From Vampirovibrionales bacterium (GTDB lineage Bacteria; Cyanobacteriota; Vampirovibrionia; Vampirovibrionales; Vampirovibrionaceae), in contig JBDIVN010000009.1 in NCBI GenBank assembly GCA_039794365.1, positions 70,833 to 134,832 of the forward strand: a stretch of DNA of 64,000 nt, given 5' to 3'. Within the stretch, counting starts at the first letter, position 1. The number at the start of each line of letters is the position of its first letter. The position numbers and the translations under genes were made by a program. Below, in pieces: positions 49,157 to 60,256 of the stretch. The notes under the pieces were generated by a model that saw only the letters and a program-made list of their open reading frames with translations, ran no database searches and had not been told where the DNA came from.

Positions 49157-49921
49157 ATGGGCACCATTCTGGACGAGATTGTCGAACACAAGCGCCGGGA
49201 ACTGGCCGAACGCCGGGGTGAGCCGGTTCATGATCTGGAGCCTGCCGAGGCGGGACGCTTCGAGGCGGCGTTTCGTCAGGGCGGCTTTCCCCGAATGATG
49301 CTGGAAATCAAGCCCGCGTCGCCGTCTGCCGGCGTGATTTCCGAGAAACCGGACCTGGATGCCATTCTCTCCGCCTATAATCGATTTGGCTCAGCGATCT
49401 CCGTGCTGACGGACGAGAAGTATTTCAACGGCAGTCTGGACCTGCTGAAAACCGTGGCGGACCGGACCTCTCATCCGGTGCTGCGCAAGGATTTCATTCT
49501 GGATGCCTGCCAGATTGCCGAGGCGCGGCAGGCCGGGGCATCCGCCGTCCTGCTCATTGTCAAGATTCTGGATGATGACTTGCTGGAAACGCTGGCCGAA
49601 ACCGCCCGAAAACTGGGGCTGACACCGGTGATTGAGATTCAGAATGACGAAGAACTGGAGCGGGCGCTGGGGGTGGAGCCGTCCGTGCTGCTTATTAACA
49701 ACCGGAATCTTTCGACATTTGAAATCGATCTGGAAACCACGAAACGGCTGGCGCCTAACATCCCGGCGGATCTGCTGAAAATCTCCGCCAGCGGCATCAG
49801 CTCGCGGCAGGAGATCGAAACTCTTCAACCTTTTTGCGACGGCTTTCTCATCGGGTCGGTCCTGATGAAACTGTCACCGGGAGAAATGACGAAAAAACTG
49901 GAGGAACTGGCGGGCGTATGA
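49157..49921 (+). CDS. trpC: Indole-3-glycerol phosphate synthase
   Basis: EIKPASPSAG, ISVLTDEKYF, LRKDF, INNRNL, SASGI. Confidence 0.94.
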   Translation: MGTILDEIVEHKRRELAERRGEPVHDLEPAEAGRFEAAFRQGGFPRMMLEIKPASPSAGVISEKPDLDAILSAYNRFGSAISVLTDEKYFNGSLDLLKTVADRTSHPVLRKDFILDACQIAEARQAGASAVLLIVKILDDDLLETLAETARKLGLTPVIEIQNDEELERALGVEPSVLLINNRNLSTFEIDLETTKRLAPNIPADLLKISASGISSRQEIETLQPFCDGFLIGSVLMKLSPGEMTKKLEELAGV

Positions 49922-50592
49922 AAACCCTGATTAAAGTCTGCGGCATTACTTCGGCGGAAGACGCCCTTTTGGCGGCGAATCTGGGTGCCGACTTCGTGGG
50001 CCTGATTTTTGCCGAATCTTCTCCACGCAGGGTGACGCCGGAACGGGCGGCGGATATTGTCCGGGTCCTGCGCACGATGAAAGGGGCCAAACCCTGGACC
50101 ATCGGCGTATTCCAGGATGAATCCCCGGACAAAATCCTTGAGATTCTCAAGGCGGCCCGCATCGATTGCGCCCAGTTGCATGGCACCGAGTCGCCCTCCG
50201 TCTGCAATGGCTTGACCGTTCCCACGATCAAGACGGTGACGTATCGGCCGGGCATGGACCCTGCCGATCTGATCCAGACCCTGCGGGCCTATCACCCGGC
50301 GGTCAACCCGATGATCCGCTTTGTTCTGCTGGATCTGCCCAAGGGCGAAAAGTTTTCCGTTGAGGATCAGCAAAAGTTTCTGCAACCCCTCTATGATAAA
50401 ATTCTCAAGGATGTTCCCCATTTTCTCGCCGGGGGCCTGACGCCGAAAACGGTGGGTGACTTCGTTCAGCGGTTTCGTCCCAACGGGGTGGATGTGGCCT
50501 CCGGGGTCGAGAAAGGGCCGGGCGTGAAGGACCGGGATAAATTGCATGCCTTCTGCGATGCGGTGCGATCCGGCCACGAGGTGCCCGCATGA
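49918..50592 (+). CDS. trpF: Phosphoribosylanthranilate isomerase
   Basis: IKVCGIT, FAESSPR, QLHG, LAGGL, DVASGVE. Confidence 0.94.
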   Translation: MKTLIKVCGITSAEDALLAANLGADFVGLIFAESSPRRVTPERAADIVRVLRTMKGAKPWTIGVFQDESPDKILEILKAARIDCAQLHGTESPSVCNGLTVPTIKTVTYRPGMDPADLIQTLRAYHPAVNPMIRFVLLDLPKGEKFSVEDQQKFLQPLYDKILKDVPHFLAGGLTPKTVGDFVQRFRPNGVDVASGVEKGPGVKDRDKLHAFCDAVRSGHEVPA

Positions 50593-51764
50593 AATCCCTG
50601 GGCTTTTATGGCCGCTATGGCGGCGTTTACGTATCGGAATCGCTGATTCCAGCATTGGAGGAACTGGAGGAGGCCTTTCTCGGATTCAGCCGGGACAAGG
50701 ATTTTCTGGCCCGGCTTGGGCATCTGCTGACCCATTACGCCGGACGTCCGACGCCGCTCTACGAGGCGAAAAATCTCTCCCGAAAATGGGGCGCGAGAAT
50801 CTTTCTGAAGCGCGAGGATCTCCTCCACGGCGGCGCCCACAAGACGAACAACGCACTCGGTCAGGCGCTGCTGGCCCAGGCGATGGGCAAGACCCGGATT
50901 ATTGCTGAAACCGGTGCCGGCCAGCATGGCGTGGCCACCGCAATGGCCGGAGCGCTGCTCAATATGAAAACCGAGATCTACATGGGCGAGGTGGACATGG
51001 CCCGCCAGAAACCCAACGTTTTCCGGATGAAGCTGCTGGGGGCGAAGGTGCATCCGTCCACCACCGGTTCGCGAACCCTGAAGGACGCCATTAACGACGC
51101 CCTGCGGGATTGGGTGAGCAACCTCGATACGACGTATTACCTGCTGGGTACGGCGGCGGGGCCGCATCCCTACCCGGAACTGGTCAAGTTCTTCCAGAAG
51201 GTGATTGGCGAGGAGGCCCGCGCCCAGATCCGGAAGCAGGCCGGTTGCCTGCCGGATTGCGTGGTCGCCTGCGTGGGCGGCGGTTCCAACGCCATCGGTA
51301 TTTTCAACGCCTTCCGATCGGATAGTGTGGAACTCATCGGTGTCGAACCCGCCGGCAAGGGGCTGGATTCCGGCGAACACGGGGCGGTCCTGGCCAAAGG
51401 CACCGTCGGGGTGCTGCATGGCATGAAGAGCCTGGCCCTGCAAAGCCTGGATGGACAGGTTCACGAGACTTACAGCATTGCCGCCGGACTGGATTACCCG
51501 CTGGTGGGGCCGGAGCATGCCCATCTTCGTGATACCGGCGCGGCCCGGTACGAATCCGCAACCGATGAGGAGGCCATGAACGCCTTCCGCGAACTTTCCG
51601 AGGCCGAGGGGATTATTCCCGCGCTGGAAAGCGCCCACGCGCTGGCCTACACCAAAAAGCTGGCGGCGGAGGTTTCCGATGATGCCGTGATCCTGGTGAA
51701 TCTCTCAGGCCGGGGCGATAAGGACCTGGAGCAGGTGATGGATTATTTTGGAGAACCGGACTGA
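50589..51764 (+). CDS. trpB: Tryptophan synthase beta chain
   Basis: [44 protein letters not shown]. Confidence 0.97.
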   Translation: MKSLGFYGRYGGVYVSESLIPALEELEEAFLGFSRDKDFLARLGHLLTHYAGRPTPLYEAKNLSRKWGARIFLKREDLLHGGAHKTNNALGQALLAQAMGKTRIIAETGAGQHGVATAMAGALLNMKTEIYMGEVDMARQKPNVFRMKLLGAKVHPSTTGSRTLKDAINDALRDWVSNLDTTYYLLGTAAGPHPYPELVKFFQKVIGEEARAQIRKQAGCLPDCVVACVGGGSNAIGIFNAFRSDSVELIGVEPAGKGLDSGEHGAVLAKGTVGVLHGMKSLALQSLDGQVHETYSIAAGLDYPLVGPEHAHLRDTGAARYESATDEEAMNAFRELSEAEGIIPALESAHALAYTKKLAAEVSDDAVILVNLSGRGDKDLEQVMDYFGEPD

Positions 51765-52552
51765 TGCAGGAAACCGCTCGCTCCATCAACCGCTATGCCG
51801 CTCGCTTTGCCGACGGGAAAAAAGCGTTCATGCCCTTCACACTGCTGGGCTGGCCGAACGCGGACGCGTCGCTGGGAATCGTCCGGACCTTGATTGAGTC
51901 CGGCGCCACGGCGCTGGAACTGGGCATTCCCTTCAGCGATCCGGTGGCGGACGGCCCCATCATCCAGGCGGCTGCGAAAGAGGCGTTGGATAACGGCTTT
52001 ACGGTGGATCAGGGGATTGAACTGCTGAAACAGATCCGCGCCCTGGATTCAGAGATTCCCATCGGCCTGCTGGTATACTATAATCTGGTGCTGGCCCGCG
52101 GTATCGAGCGGTTTTTCGCCGACATGGCCGATGCCGGGGTTGATGGGGTGCTGATTGCGGATCTCCCACCGGAGCAGGCGGAGGAGGTGGCGCCGTTTGC
52201 CCGGAAGTACGGGCTTCAGTTGATTTTCATCGTTTCGCCTCTGACGTCCGATGAGCGTCTCAAGCTGATTTTGAAGTATGCCGGCGGTTTTCACTACGTT
52301 GTTTCCCGGCTGGGAATCACCGGGGTGGAGGAACGCTACGATACCGCCCTGGCCGAACTCATCGCCCGGCTGAAGACGAAAAGCGATCTGCCCGTGTTGG
52401 TGGGCTTTGGCATCTCAAAGCCGGAGCATGTGCAAAAAATGATCGCCCTGGGCGCTGACGGCGCTATTACCGGGTCGGCAATTATTCACCGGGCAGGGGA
52501 TATTGCCGGGCTTTCCCGTTACGTCCGGCAAATGGCGGTGGCCACCGGTTAA
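51764..52552 (+). CDS. trpA: Tryptophan synthase alpha chain
   Basis: ELGIPFSDPVADGPIIQ, VSRLGITG, VGFGIS. Confidence 0.96.
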   Translation: MQETARSINRYAARFADGKKAFMPFTLLGWPNADASLGIVRTLIESGATALELGIPFSDPVADGPIIQAAAKEALDNGFTVDQGIELLKQIRALDSEIPIGLLVYYNLVLARGIERFFADMADAGVDGVLIADLPPEQAEEVAPFARKYGLQLIFIVSPLTSDERLKLILKYAGGFHYVVSRLGITGVEERYDTALAELIARLKTKSDLPVLVGFGISKPEHVQKMIALGADGAITGSAIIHRAGDIAGLSRYVRQMAVATG

Positions 52553-52562
52553 AGCGTAAGCG

Positions 52563-53450
52563 TTATTCAAAACGGATACCGGAAAAGGTGGAGAGGATGT
52601 CGAACGTGGTTGTCTTCCCGTTGACGATGACCGTGGCCTGGCCAAAATCAAACCCGGCGATTTTCCACGGGTCCAGTTTGGAATGACGGGAAACCTGAAT
52701 TTGAAGCAGGACATTTTCCAGCCGGGGCAGGGTTTCGGCGAGATCTTTTTCCGTCAGTCCCTCGACCCGCCCGCCGGGTTTGGGAGAGGGCATCAGCAGG
52801 CTGTATGACATGGGCCGGGAAACCACCGGCGCGGACCCTGGTGGACCGGATGGGAAGGAGACGGAGGAGGCCGGACCGGCGGGAGAAGGTATTTGAAGGT
52901 TTGACAGGCTGCGAACGCGGTAGGTAAAGTGGTTGGGCAGTTTGCCGGGGGCGGCAAGAAAATCCTCGTAACGCTCCTTCGGCATAGGGCGATCGTTTCG
53001 CAGGGCAAGCCACTCCGGCAGGAAGTACACGGGCGGATCGTCGGAAAACGTCAGCCGGTACTCGAAAAATGCCCATTCCGGACAGGCGAGGGGCACGAAA
53101 CAGACGCCTCCCGTCCGGGGTTCCGTCCGGCGGACGAGTGTGGCGGTGAACGGGGTTTCCCCCAGGAAGGCCAGGTTGGGTTCCTGCCCTGAAAAGGGAT
53201 TGAAATACACCCGGTCTCCCGCTTCGGGTATATGCCGGAACTCGGCGCTTTCCATCAGGCGGGTGAACGCCGCCGCATCCTGCCGGCGAATGGCTTCAAC
53301 AAAGGCATCCACTGTTTCACCGGGGTTTTGGGTCATTCTGGAAAGGGGCCAGGCCAGTGTCAACAGCATGGCAATCGCCAGGACGGCCAGTATGGCGGCA
53401 ATCAGCCAGGCTTTGTGGAGGGATGGGCTTGCGGTGTTCATAGGGTCCAT
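52563..53450 (-). CDS. Hypothetical protein with N-terminal membrane anchor
   Basis: 295-codon ORF; hydrophobic helix at residues ~14-35; no recognised motif. Confidence 0.65.
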   Translation of the reverse strand: MDPMNTASPSLHKAWLIAAILAVLAIAMLLTLAWPLSRMTQNPGETVDAFVEAIRRQDAAAFTRLMESAEFRHIPEAGDRVYFNPFSGQEPNLAFLGETPFTATLVRRTEPRTGGVCFVPLACPEWAFFEYRLTFSDDPPVYFLPEWLALRNDRPMPKERYEDFLAAPGKLPNHFTYRVRSLSNLQIPSPAGPASSVSFPSGPPGSAPVVSRPMSYSLLMPSPKPGGRVEGLTEKDLAETLPRLENVLLQIQVSRHSKLDPWKIAGFDFGQATVIVNGKTTTFDILSTFSGIRFE

Positions 53451-53545
53451 TATAAATGAGATGGATGGCAGGCGGTTTTATGTTCAAAAAGTCTGTGCTA
53501 CCCTAGTATCTAAAGACAGCCGGAGTCAGTCGGAAGGAGTTTTTT

Positions 53546-54022
53546 ATGATTACCAAGGATCAGGTCGTATCGTTGCAGTACACCCTGCGCGATGATAGTG
53601 GCAACGTGCTTGACGCCTCCAACGGCAACGCGCTTGTCTATCTGCACGGCCACAACAATATTATTCCCGGCCTGGAGAAGGAACTGAACGGTATGAAGAC
53701 CGGCGATAAGAAGCAGGTTACGATTCAGCCCGACGATGCCTACGGCCAGTACGATCCTGAGCTGAAATTCGCTCTGCCCCGTGAACAGTTTGGCGGCCAG
53801 GCTCCCCAGGCGGGTATGATGGTTCAGCTCCAGTCGCCCCAGGGTCAGATTATCGCCCGCATTGAGAACGTCAGCGAGCAGCAGGTCCAACTGGACGCCA
53901 ACCACCCGCTGGCCGGCCAGACCCTGCATTTTGAGGTGGAAGTCACCGAGGTTCGCGAGGCCACCAGCGAAGAGCTGACCCACGGCCATCCCCACGGACC
54001 CGACGGCCATCATCACCACTAG
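53546..54022 (+). CDS. slyD: FKBP-type PPIase SlyD
   Basis: YLHGHNNIIPGLE, DAYG, DANHPLAGQTLHFEVEV, His-rich tail. Confidence 0.95.
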   Translation: MITKDQVVSLQYTLRDDSGNVLDASNGNALVYLHGHNNIIPGLEKELNGMKTGDKKQVTIQPDDAYGQYDPELKFALPREQFGGQAPQAGMMVQLQSPQGQIIARIENVSEQQVQLDANHPLAGQTLHFEVEVTEVREATSEELTHGHPHGPDGHHHH

Positions 54023-54038
54023 AATTTGTTGACGCCTG

Positions 54039-55499
54039 TCAGCCGGCTGATTTCACCGACCCGGAGTTTTGATGACTCCGGGTCGGTGTGCTTGGAGCGT
54101 CCCCGTTCTCAAAGCCTGCCCGCTTCAGGGCTTTTTTTATCAGCGGGCTTTTGCCGGAAAGCCGGTGAACCTGTCCCTCCCGTGCGGCATCGATCATCAG
54201 GATCATGCTGCCCATATCGATGCCCAGGGCGTCATCGGGCCGCCAACCGGAGTGAATGTTCCAGGCGCAGGCAATGCCGAAGGGGTCGTTGAGCAGACCC
54301 TGCCTTTCCATCGCCTTCAGGCTGTCGTAGACGCCCCGTTCATCAAAAGGCAGGCAGGCCACCACGGCGGGCGGGCCGATAGTACCGTCTTGAAACTCCT
54401 CTGAAGGCCAGTAGACACGGTAGCCTGCCGGGCCGTCGCAGGCCGTCAGGCCGAAGATGTGTTCCGGATAGCCTTTCTCCCGGCAAAACCGGCGGTGCAT
54501 GCGGACGGCAGCTTTCGAGGCCTCCCAGAAGTCATCCCCGGCGGCATCCTTTTTGTCCTTGAGGTTGAGAAACGCATGGGGATAGAAATAGGTGAACAGG
54601 GGCAGCCGGACGAAGGTTTTGTCACTATCTTCCTGCCACTGGCGGCTGCGATCCCAGCCGGATTCCCAGACGGCATCCGGTGTTTTTCCGGAGGCCAGGG
54701 CAATTAGCGGAACGAGAACCCCTTCGGAGTATTCGTCCCAGCGGTATCGGATATATTCCCGATGTCCATCCCGCTGGTGGAATCCCAGGCTGAAGGCCTT
54801 CGAGTCCCGATCATTACCCTCCTGGGTCAGCATGGCCCCGAAGTCAATCCCGTTGAACAGGGTGTTCACCTGCTTGCGCAGATTGCCCCCGAAATACTCT
54901 CCGGCGACGATGGCGCCCAGCATGAAAAGCGTGGTGTCGATGGATGAAAACTCTGACGTCGGCAGGGGTTGACCCGTATCGCCGTCCAGGAAGTGGGCGA
55001 GCCAGCCCCGATGTTGCGGGCCGGTGCCTTTCATCGCCGTTTCCAGCATTTTTTCTGCCTGTTGCCGGGCTTCTTTCCGCGAGATCATGCCCTTTTCCAC
55101 GGCCAGCGGAAGGATAGCCAGGCCAAAACCGGTGGCGGCGATACTGGCAATGTTACCCGGTTTCGGGCCATTTTCCGTATACTTGACCCGATCCGGGATC
55201 AGGCCCGACGGGGTGCGGTAATCCAGGAAATACCGGATGCCTTTCCGTTCGATGGTATCCAGCATGCGGTTCAGATCGCTTCGTTCGGCGGGTGTGAGGG
55301 CGCCGGTTTTTCCGCTGAAACTGACCCGATCCGGCGGCTGTCCGGGTACGGCCCGCATGGGATGACCGGTCCGGTTTCCGCTGAAAGCCGGTGACATGCG
55401 AAGAACAGCTGCGTTCGAGGAGCCGGTTAGACGCACGGAAAATCCCTCCTTGAGTTTTTCCTGAGTTTTTTGTCCCAACGATTGGATCGAAAGCCCCAT
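54039..55499 (-). CDS. GH144-like ('glucoamylase family') beta-1,2-glucanase with ~65-aa non-Sec N-terminal extension
   Basis: SIAATGFGL, FSSIDT, WDEYSEG, LPLFTYFY, GLTACDGP, DGTI, GIDMG. Confidence 0.8.
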   Translation of the reverse strand: MGLSIQSLGQKTQEKLKEGFSVRLTGSSNAAVLRMSPAFSGNRTGHPMRAVPGQPPDRVSFSGKTGALTPAERSDLNRMLDTIERKGIRYFLDYRTPSGLIPDRVKYTENGPKPGNIASIAATGFGLAILPLAVEKGMISRKEARQQAEKMLETAMKGTGPQHRGWLAHFLDGDTGQPLPTSEFSSIDTTLFMLGAIVAGEYFGGNLRKQVNTLFNGIDFGAMLTQEGNDRDSKAFSLGFHQRDGHREYIRYRWDEYSEGVLVPLIALASGKTPDAVWESGWDRSRQWQEDSDKTFVRLPLFTYFYPHAFLNLKDKKDAAGDDFWEASKAAVRMHRRFCREKGYPEHIFGLTACDGPAGYRVYWPSEEFQDGTIGPPAVVACLPFDERGVYDSLKAMERQGLLNDPFGIACAWNIHSGWRPDDALGIDMGSMILMIDAAREGQVHRLSGKSPLIKKALKRAGFENGDAPSTPTRSHQNSGSVKSAG

Positions 55500-55816
55500 G
55501 AAGATATCATGCCCCCGGCTGGGTGTCCACCCAACCGGCTATTGAAAAACGGCGAATGCTGTGTTAGGTCCCATAAAGTCTTTCAGGAAAGGCTTCTTGG
55601 CGCTTGTACCACTCTGTATAAAATATATTTCCGGGTTTATACCCGCCTCATCCGTTAGCGCCGGGGGCTATGCGGCAGACTCGCCCGATCTTCTATGAAA
55701 AGACTAGAAAGGCGTCTGATTGTCTCCCTGGAGAAATACCCTAAAATCAAATTGTAAGTCGGAAAATGACTTACGCTCTGAGATTCACTGTATAACCAAG
55801 TGGAAGCAAACATTCA

Positions 55817-55910
55817 TTCTCTGGTCAGGTTTTCATTGCCACCGAGAAATCCCGTTTAAAACGGGAAACCAGGGACGGTTGGTCCCAAGGCACAATCCCT
55901 GGCCAGAGAA
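55817..55910. ncRNA. Candidate structured RNA (multi-branch), family unassigned
   Basis: 13-bp closing stem 55817-55829/55898-55910 enclosing a bulged stem and two hairpins. Confidence 0.4.
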
Positions 55911-56021
55911 CCCTTATCCCTGTTTGTTCCGAAACCCCTCACCCTGAAATAACCATGGAAATCGACGAAAGTTGGAGTACAGGCTGGGAAAAACCGGCCT
56001 GCTTAAGGAGGATTATAGGCG

Positions 56022-56210
56022 ATGAAATATTCCAATGCCAAGTATGAGGCAGCCAAGAAAAAAGCGTCACGGACCCGCAAACGCAGCTTTTATATTAACG
56101 CTTTCGAGGAGCGTGGCGAATTTCATATCCCCGACTACCAGGAATTTGATTACCTGTTTCCCCAGCCCGAATATGCCGACGAGGAGTTGGGCAAGATGGT
56201 TCGGGCGTAA
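56022..56210 (+). CDS. Small hypothetical protein (62 aa)
   Basis: AAGGAGGA RBS; basic N-half, acidic/aromatic C-half. Confidence 0.65.
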   Translation: MKYSNAKYEAAKKKASRTRKRSFYINAFEERGEFHIPDYQEFDYLFPQPEYADEELGKMVRA

Positions 56211-56329
56211 TACCCGTTTCCGGCAACCGGCGGATGGCGACTGGAGCGAGCGTTGACTGAAAGTGCGCCATCAAAAAAACCGATGATGCTGTTTCGCCGT
56301 AGTGCGGGACGTAACAGGAGGTCCATTTT

Positions 56330-56758
56330 ATGGCAACGAGTTCACTGTATCATGAAGATCGGTTCATCGGGCTGGAGGAGTTCCCTCCCGTACGCTTCAG
56401 CGGTTTTGATCATAACGTTGACGTTCATATTGCCCAGTACCTGAGAGATTTTTTCAGAAAGAGTACGCCATCCGACGAGGCGCCCACTTTTGTGATTCCC
56501 TCGATTCTGGATTTGTCAATGTATTTTCACTGCCACGAATTCGACATTCTCGATGTCATCGAAACCCTTAAAAGGCAAGGGTATGAATGCGATGTGCGGG
56601 ACTTTTACAAACCCATCCGGGTCAAGACGGCGCCCCCACCGGTTTATCACATGCGCCGTTTCGTGGAAAACCGGTGGCGCGGTATCGGGAACTTTCTCAT
56701 GCAACTGGCCCGGTATGGTCGCCCCCAAGGCAAACCGGGAAGCCTGCTGGAATCCTGA
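56330..56758 (+). CDS. Hypothetical protein (142 aa)
   Basis: GGAGG RBS; protein-like composition; no recognised motif. Confidence 0.65.
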   Translation: MATSSLYHEDRFIGLEEFPPVRFSGFDHNVDVHIAQYLRDFFRKSTPSDEAPTFVIPSILDLSMYFHCHEFDILDVIETLKRQGYECDVRDFYKPIRVKTAPPPVYHMRRFVENRWRGIGNFLMQLARYGRPQGKPGSLLES

Positions 56759-56777
56759 GAACCGTGAAGAAAGCGGG

Positions 56778-59700
56778 TCAGAATTCCATGTTCAGGTAGC
56801 CAAGCAGACTCATGACCGGAATCCGGCTCCACTCGGGGCGATGGCGCAAATCATGCTCCAGTTCGTGGAGGGCTTTTTCCAGGACGAAGCCGTCCAGGAT
56901 CTTGTAGAAGTCCTCCACCCTGGCGGGCATGAAGGATGCGCCGTTGACGGCCTGCGAGTAGCTCTGGATGAAAATGGCGTCCGTCCAGTTCTGGCAGAAT
57001 TTGGCCCAGGGCAGGAAACGGGTGAAATCTTCGGGCCGGTTGTGGGTAAAGGTAAACAGGCTGCCGTAGGTTGCATAATTCAGTGACTGCAGCATTACGG
57101 CCATGTCCTTGATGGGGGTCTGCTTGGTCCGCCTTTCCTCAACCGGTTTGTAGAGTTCGCCTTCAAAGTCGCGGATCAGGAAATCCCCACGATAGTTGAA
57201 GACGTGCTCCAGGTGGAAGTTGCCCTGGACCCGGATACGGGTGATTTCCGGCGGATCTTCGGCCATCCGGTCGAACCGCTGGAAGAGAACTTCCCGGTGG
57301 TTCAGCAGGGTGCTGAGTGCCTGGCCGAGGTCGTCCGACAGGCCGTCCCGCATTTCCGCGGCGTGATCCAGCACCCGCGCTCCGTAGTCTTTCATGTTTC
57401 GGGCAAGTTCCCGGAGATCCGCCGGGGCGATTGTTTCGGGAGCGAAAGCGGGATCGGTCGTATCGGCGGCCAGCGCCAGGTGCATCTCGCCGGTCCGTTT
57501 GCCCAGCGTGGCGGCTTCGCGCAGGTGGAAGCCCAGAAGCATCTGCACATCCTCCGGCACGTCCTCGCGGGTGGCCAGTTCCGGCAGAGTCAGCCGCAGG
57601 GTGTCTCGTACCAGCGTGATGTCCTCCAGCATGTACATCCGTCCCGAAGCCCGTTCGTAGAACCGGCGCAGCTCGTCCACGGTGTATCCCCAGCCGTCGC
57701 CCTGGTGGTAGATCATTTCGCGCAGGATGCCCAGCACCATCTTCCGGCCTGACTTGTCTTCGTATTCAATGGCGCCGTAGACTTTCGGCGTCTGGGTAAA
57801 GCCGGTTTTCTCCGTCAGATGGCGCCCCAGTTCGTAATCCGGGTTAATGCCGTATTCCAGGCAATGGAAGAGTTTCAGCAGCAGATCCTTGCCGAAGCGC
57901 AGGGAAGAGTGGGTATGGATGGTGCCGAGCCGGGCGACCGGCTCCACCGCCTTGCTGTCCGGGTCCAGTTTGCGGAAGGCGTCGGTCTGTTCGATGCGGA
58001 CCGTGCCCTTCTGGGTTTTGACGGGTTTGCCCGCCAGGATGTCCGTCATCAGGGAGGCGCAGAAGTTGTCGTTGGTCAGCCCATCATAAAGCACCACGTT
58101 TTCAGTCGTCCTGTTGTCTTTGAGTGAGGTTTGGACGTGGCCCATGACGGTTTCGGGCGCCTCGTCGAGGATCTGTTCGGCGTCCTCGCCGGTGGCGATG
58201 CTGATGGGAACCAGGTAGATCCGGGTTTCGCCGTGGGAGTATCCGGCCTCGACGATGACAACATAGCCCGGACGGTTGTTGGTGTTGATGCTGAACCAGT
58301 CCAGGATTTCCGTCCTGAGGAGAGTGGCGTCCTCAAATTTTGCCCAGGGCTGTTTTTCCAGGAAAACCGGAATAATGTCCCCCTTCAGGGTTTCCAAAGG
58401 CTTGCCGACAAACAGGCTATCCCAGCCGTTTTCCAGGACGATCTGCGGCGGCGCTTCCATCTCCTCTCCGGCCACTTCCGGGGCGGGCTTGCTGATGGAC
58501 TGCACCGGGATGGGCATCGGCGTCTCGCATAGCAGGAACCAGTAGAAGGAATGAGGCCCCAGCGTCAACTGGTACTTGTCATCCACGATCTGAGGAAACT
58601 CCACCAACCCGAACATCTCCACCGGCGTGCTGCCCTTGAACGTGGAGAGGTCCAGCGTGACCGGCTGCGAGAATCGTGACAGGTTGGAGACCACAAGGAC
58701 GGTTTCATCGTTGTACCGGCGGATAAAGGCCAGGATTTTACGATTTTCCGGGTGGAGGAATTCGATGGTTCCCCGGCCAAAAACCTTGTATTTCTTGCGG
58801 ATGGCGATGATTCGGCGCATCCAGTTGAGCAGGGAGGACTGATCGCGCAGCTGGGCCTCCACGTTGACGGCCTGGTACCCGTGGATGGGGTCCATGTTGG
58901 GGGCGCAGTAGAGCTTGGCGAAGTCGGCGCGGGAGAAGCCGCCGTTGCGGTCGTTGTTCCACTGCATGGGTGTGCGGACCCCGTTGCGGTCGCCCAGGAA
59001 GATGTTGTCGCCCATGCCGATCTCGTCGCCGTAATAGATGATGGGCGACCCCGGCAGCGAGAGCAGCAGGTTGTTGAGCAGCTCGATACCCCGGCGGTTG
59101 TGTTCCAGCAGGGGAGCCAGGCGCCGCCGGATGCCCACGTTGATTTTCATCATGGGGTCGTAGGCGTAGGCCTTGTACATGTAGTCCCGCTCTTCGTCGG
59201 TGACCATCTCCAGGGTCAGTTCGTCATGGTTTCTCAGAAAGATGGCCCACTGGCAGCTGTAGGGGATGTCCGGCGTCTGGCGCATGATTTCCGTAACGGG
59301 ATAGCGGTCCTCCTGGTGCAGGGCCATGAAGATCCGGGGCATGATGGGGAAATGATAGGCCATGTGGCATTCGTCCCCGTCGCCAAAATAGGCCCGGACG
59401 TCCGAAGGCCACTGGTTGGCCTCCGCCAGGAAGATCCGGCCCTCGTAATGCTCATCCATAACCCGCCGCCACTCCTTGATGAGGTCATGGGTTTCGGGCA
59501 GGTTCTCGCAATTGGTGCCATCGCGCTCGATGAGATACGGGATGGCGTCGAGCCGGAAACCGTCCACGCCCATGTCCAGCCAGTAGCGCATGATCTTCTC
59601 GATGGCCTTGCGGACCTTGGGGTTGTCGAAGTTGAGGTCCGGCTGGTGGTGGAAGAACCGGTGCCAGTAATAGGCCTTGGCTTCCGGGTCCCAGGTCCAG

Positions 59701-60170
59701 TTGGAGGTTTCCGTGTCCGTGAAGATGATGCGGGTGTCCTTGTACTTCTCCGTAGTGTCGCTCCACACGTAGAAATCCCGCTTGGAGGAACCCGGCGGCG
59801 CCTTGCGGGCGGCCTGGAACCAGGGATGCTGATCCGACGTGTGATTGACGACCAGTTCGGTGATAACCCGCAGGCCCCGCCGGTGGGCTTCTCGGATGAA
59901 GTGCTTGAAATCCCGCCGGTTGCCGTACACCGGGTTGAAGCCGTGGTAGTCGGCGATGTCGTAGCCGTCGTCCTTCAGGGGCGAGGGGTAAAAGGGCAGC
60001 AGCCAGATGGTGTTGACCCCCAGTTCCTGGATATAGTCCAGTTTGGCCGTCAAGCCGGGAAAATCGCCATAGCCGTCGTCGTTGCTGTCGAAGAACGACT
60101 TGACGTGGACCTCGTAGATGATGGCATCCTTGTACCAGAGGGGGTCCGATGCCGGTGAAAGGGGGGACAT
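56778..60170 (-). CDS. treS: Trehalose synthase (maltose alpha-D-glucosyltransferase) fused to maltokinase (Pep2)
   Basis: [57 protein letters not shown]; C-terminal kinase-like domain (DFEGE). Confidence 0.93.
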   Translation of the reverse strand: MSPLSPASDPLWYKDAIIYEVHVKSFFDSNDDGYGDFPGLTAKLDYIQELGVNTIWLLPFYPSPLKDDGYDIADYHGFNPVYGNRRDFKHFIREAHRRGLRVITELVVNHTSDQHPWFQAARKAPPGSSKRDFYVWSDTTEKYKDTRIIFTDTETSNWTWDPEAKAYYWHRFFHHQPDLNFDNPKVRKAIEKIMRYWLDMGVDGFRLDAIPYLIERDGTNCENLPETHDLIKEWRRVMDEHYEGRIFLAEANQWPSDVRAYFGDGDECHMAYHFPIMPRIFMALHQEDRYPVTEIMRQTPDIPYSCQWAIFLRNHDELTLEMVTDEERDYMYKAYAYDPMMKINVGIRRRLAPLLEHNRRGIELLNNLLLSLPGSPIIYYGDEIGMGDNIFLGDRNGVRTPMQWNNDRNGGFSRADFAKLYCAPNMDPIHGYQAVNVEAQLRDQSSLLNWMRRIIAIRKKYKVFGRGTIEFLHPENRKILAFIRRYNDETVLVVSNLSRFSQPVTLDLSTFKGSTPVEMFGLVEFPQIVDDKYQLTLGPHSFYWFLLCETPMPIPVQSISKPAPEVAGEEMEAPPQIVLENGWDSLFVGKPLETLKGDIIPVFLEKQPWAKFEDATLLRTEILDWFSINTNNRPGYVVIVEAGYSHGETRIYLVPISIATGEDAEQILDEAPETVMGHVQTSLKDNRTTENVVLYDGLTNDNFCASLMTDILAGKPVKTQKGTVRIEQTDAFRKLDPDSKAVEPVARLGTIHTHSSLRFGKDLLLKLFHCLEYGINPDYELGRHLTEKTGFTQTPKVYGAIEYEDKSGRKMVLGILREMIYHQGDGWGYTVDELRRFYERASGRMYMLEDITLVRDTLRLTLPELATREDVPEDVQMLLGFHLREAATLGKRTGEMHLALAADTTDPAFAPETIAPADLRELARNMKDYGARVLDHAAEMRDGLSDDLGQALSTLLNHREVLFQRFDRMAEDPPEITRIRVQGNFHLEHVFNYRGDFLIRDFEGELYKPVEERRTKQTPIKDMAVMLQSLNYATYGSLFTFTHNRPEDFTRFLPWAKFCQNWTDAIFIQSYSQAVNGASFMPARVEDFYKILDGFVLEKALHELEHDLRHRPEWSRIPVMSLLGYLNMEF

Positions 60171-60256
60171 GGTTGCGGGCGTCTCCTGATCGCGTCGCCT
60201 GATAACGGTTCAAGGATACCAACAAGACCCTGAATTTCAATGCGTGAAATTATACC

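Noticed and set aside
55817-55910. Assignment of the structured element as 6S RNA, SRP RNA or T-box
   Set aside because: Too short and branched for 6S; lacks the SRP domain IV and T-box consensus.
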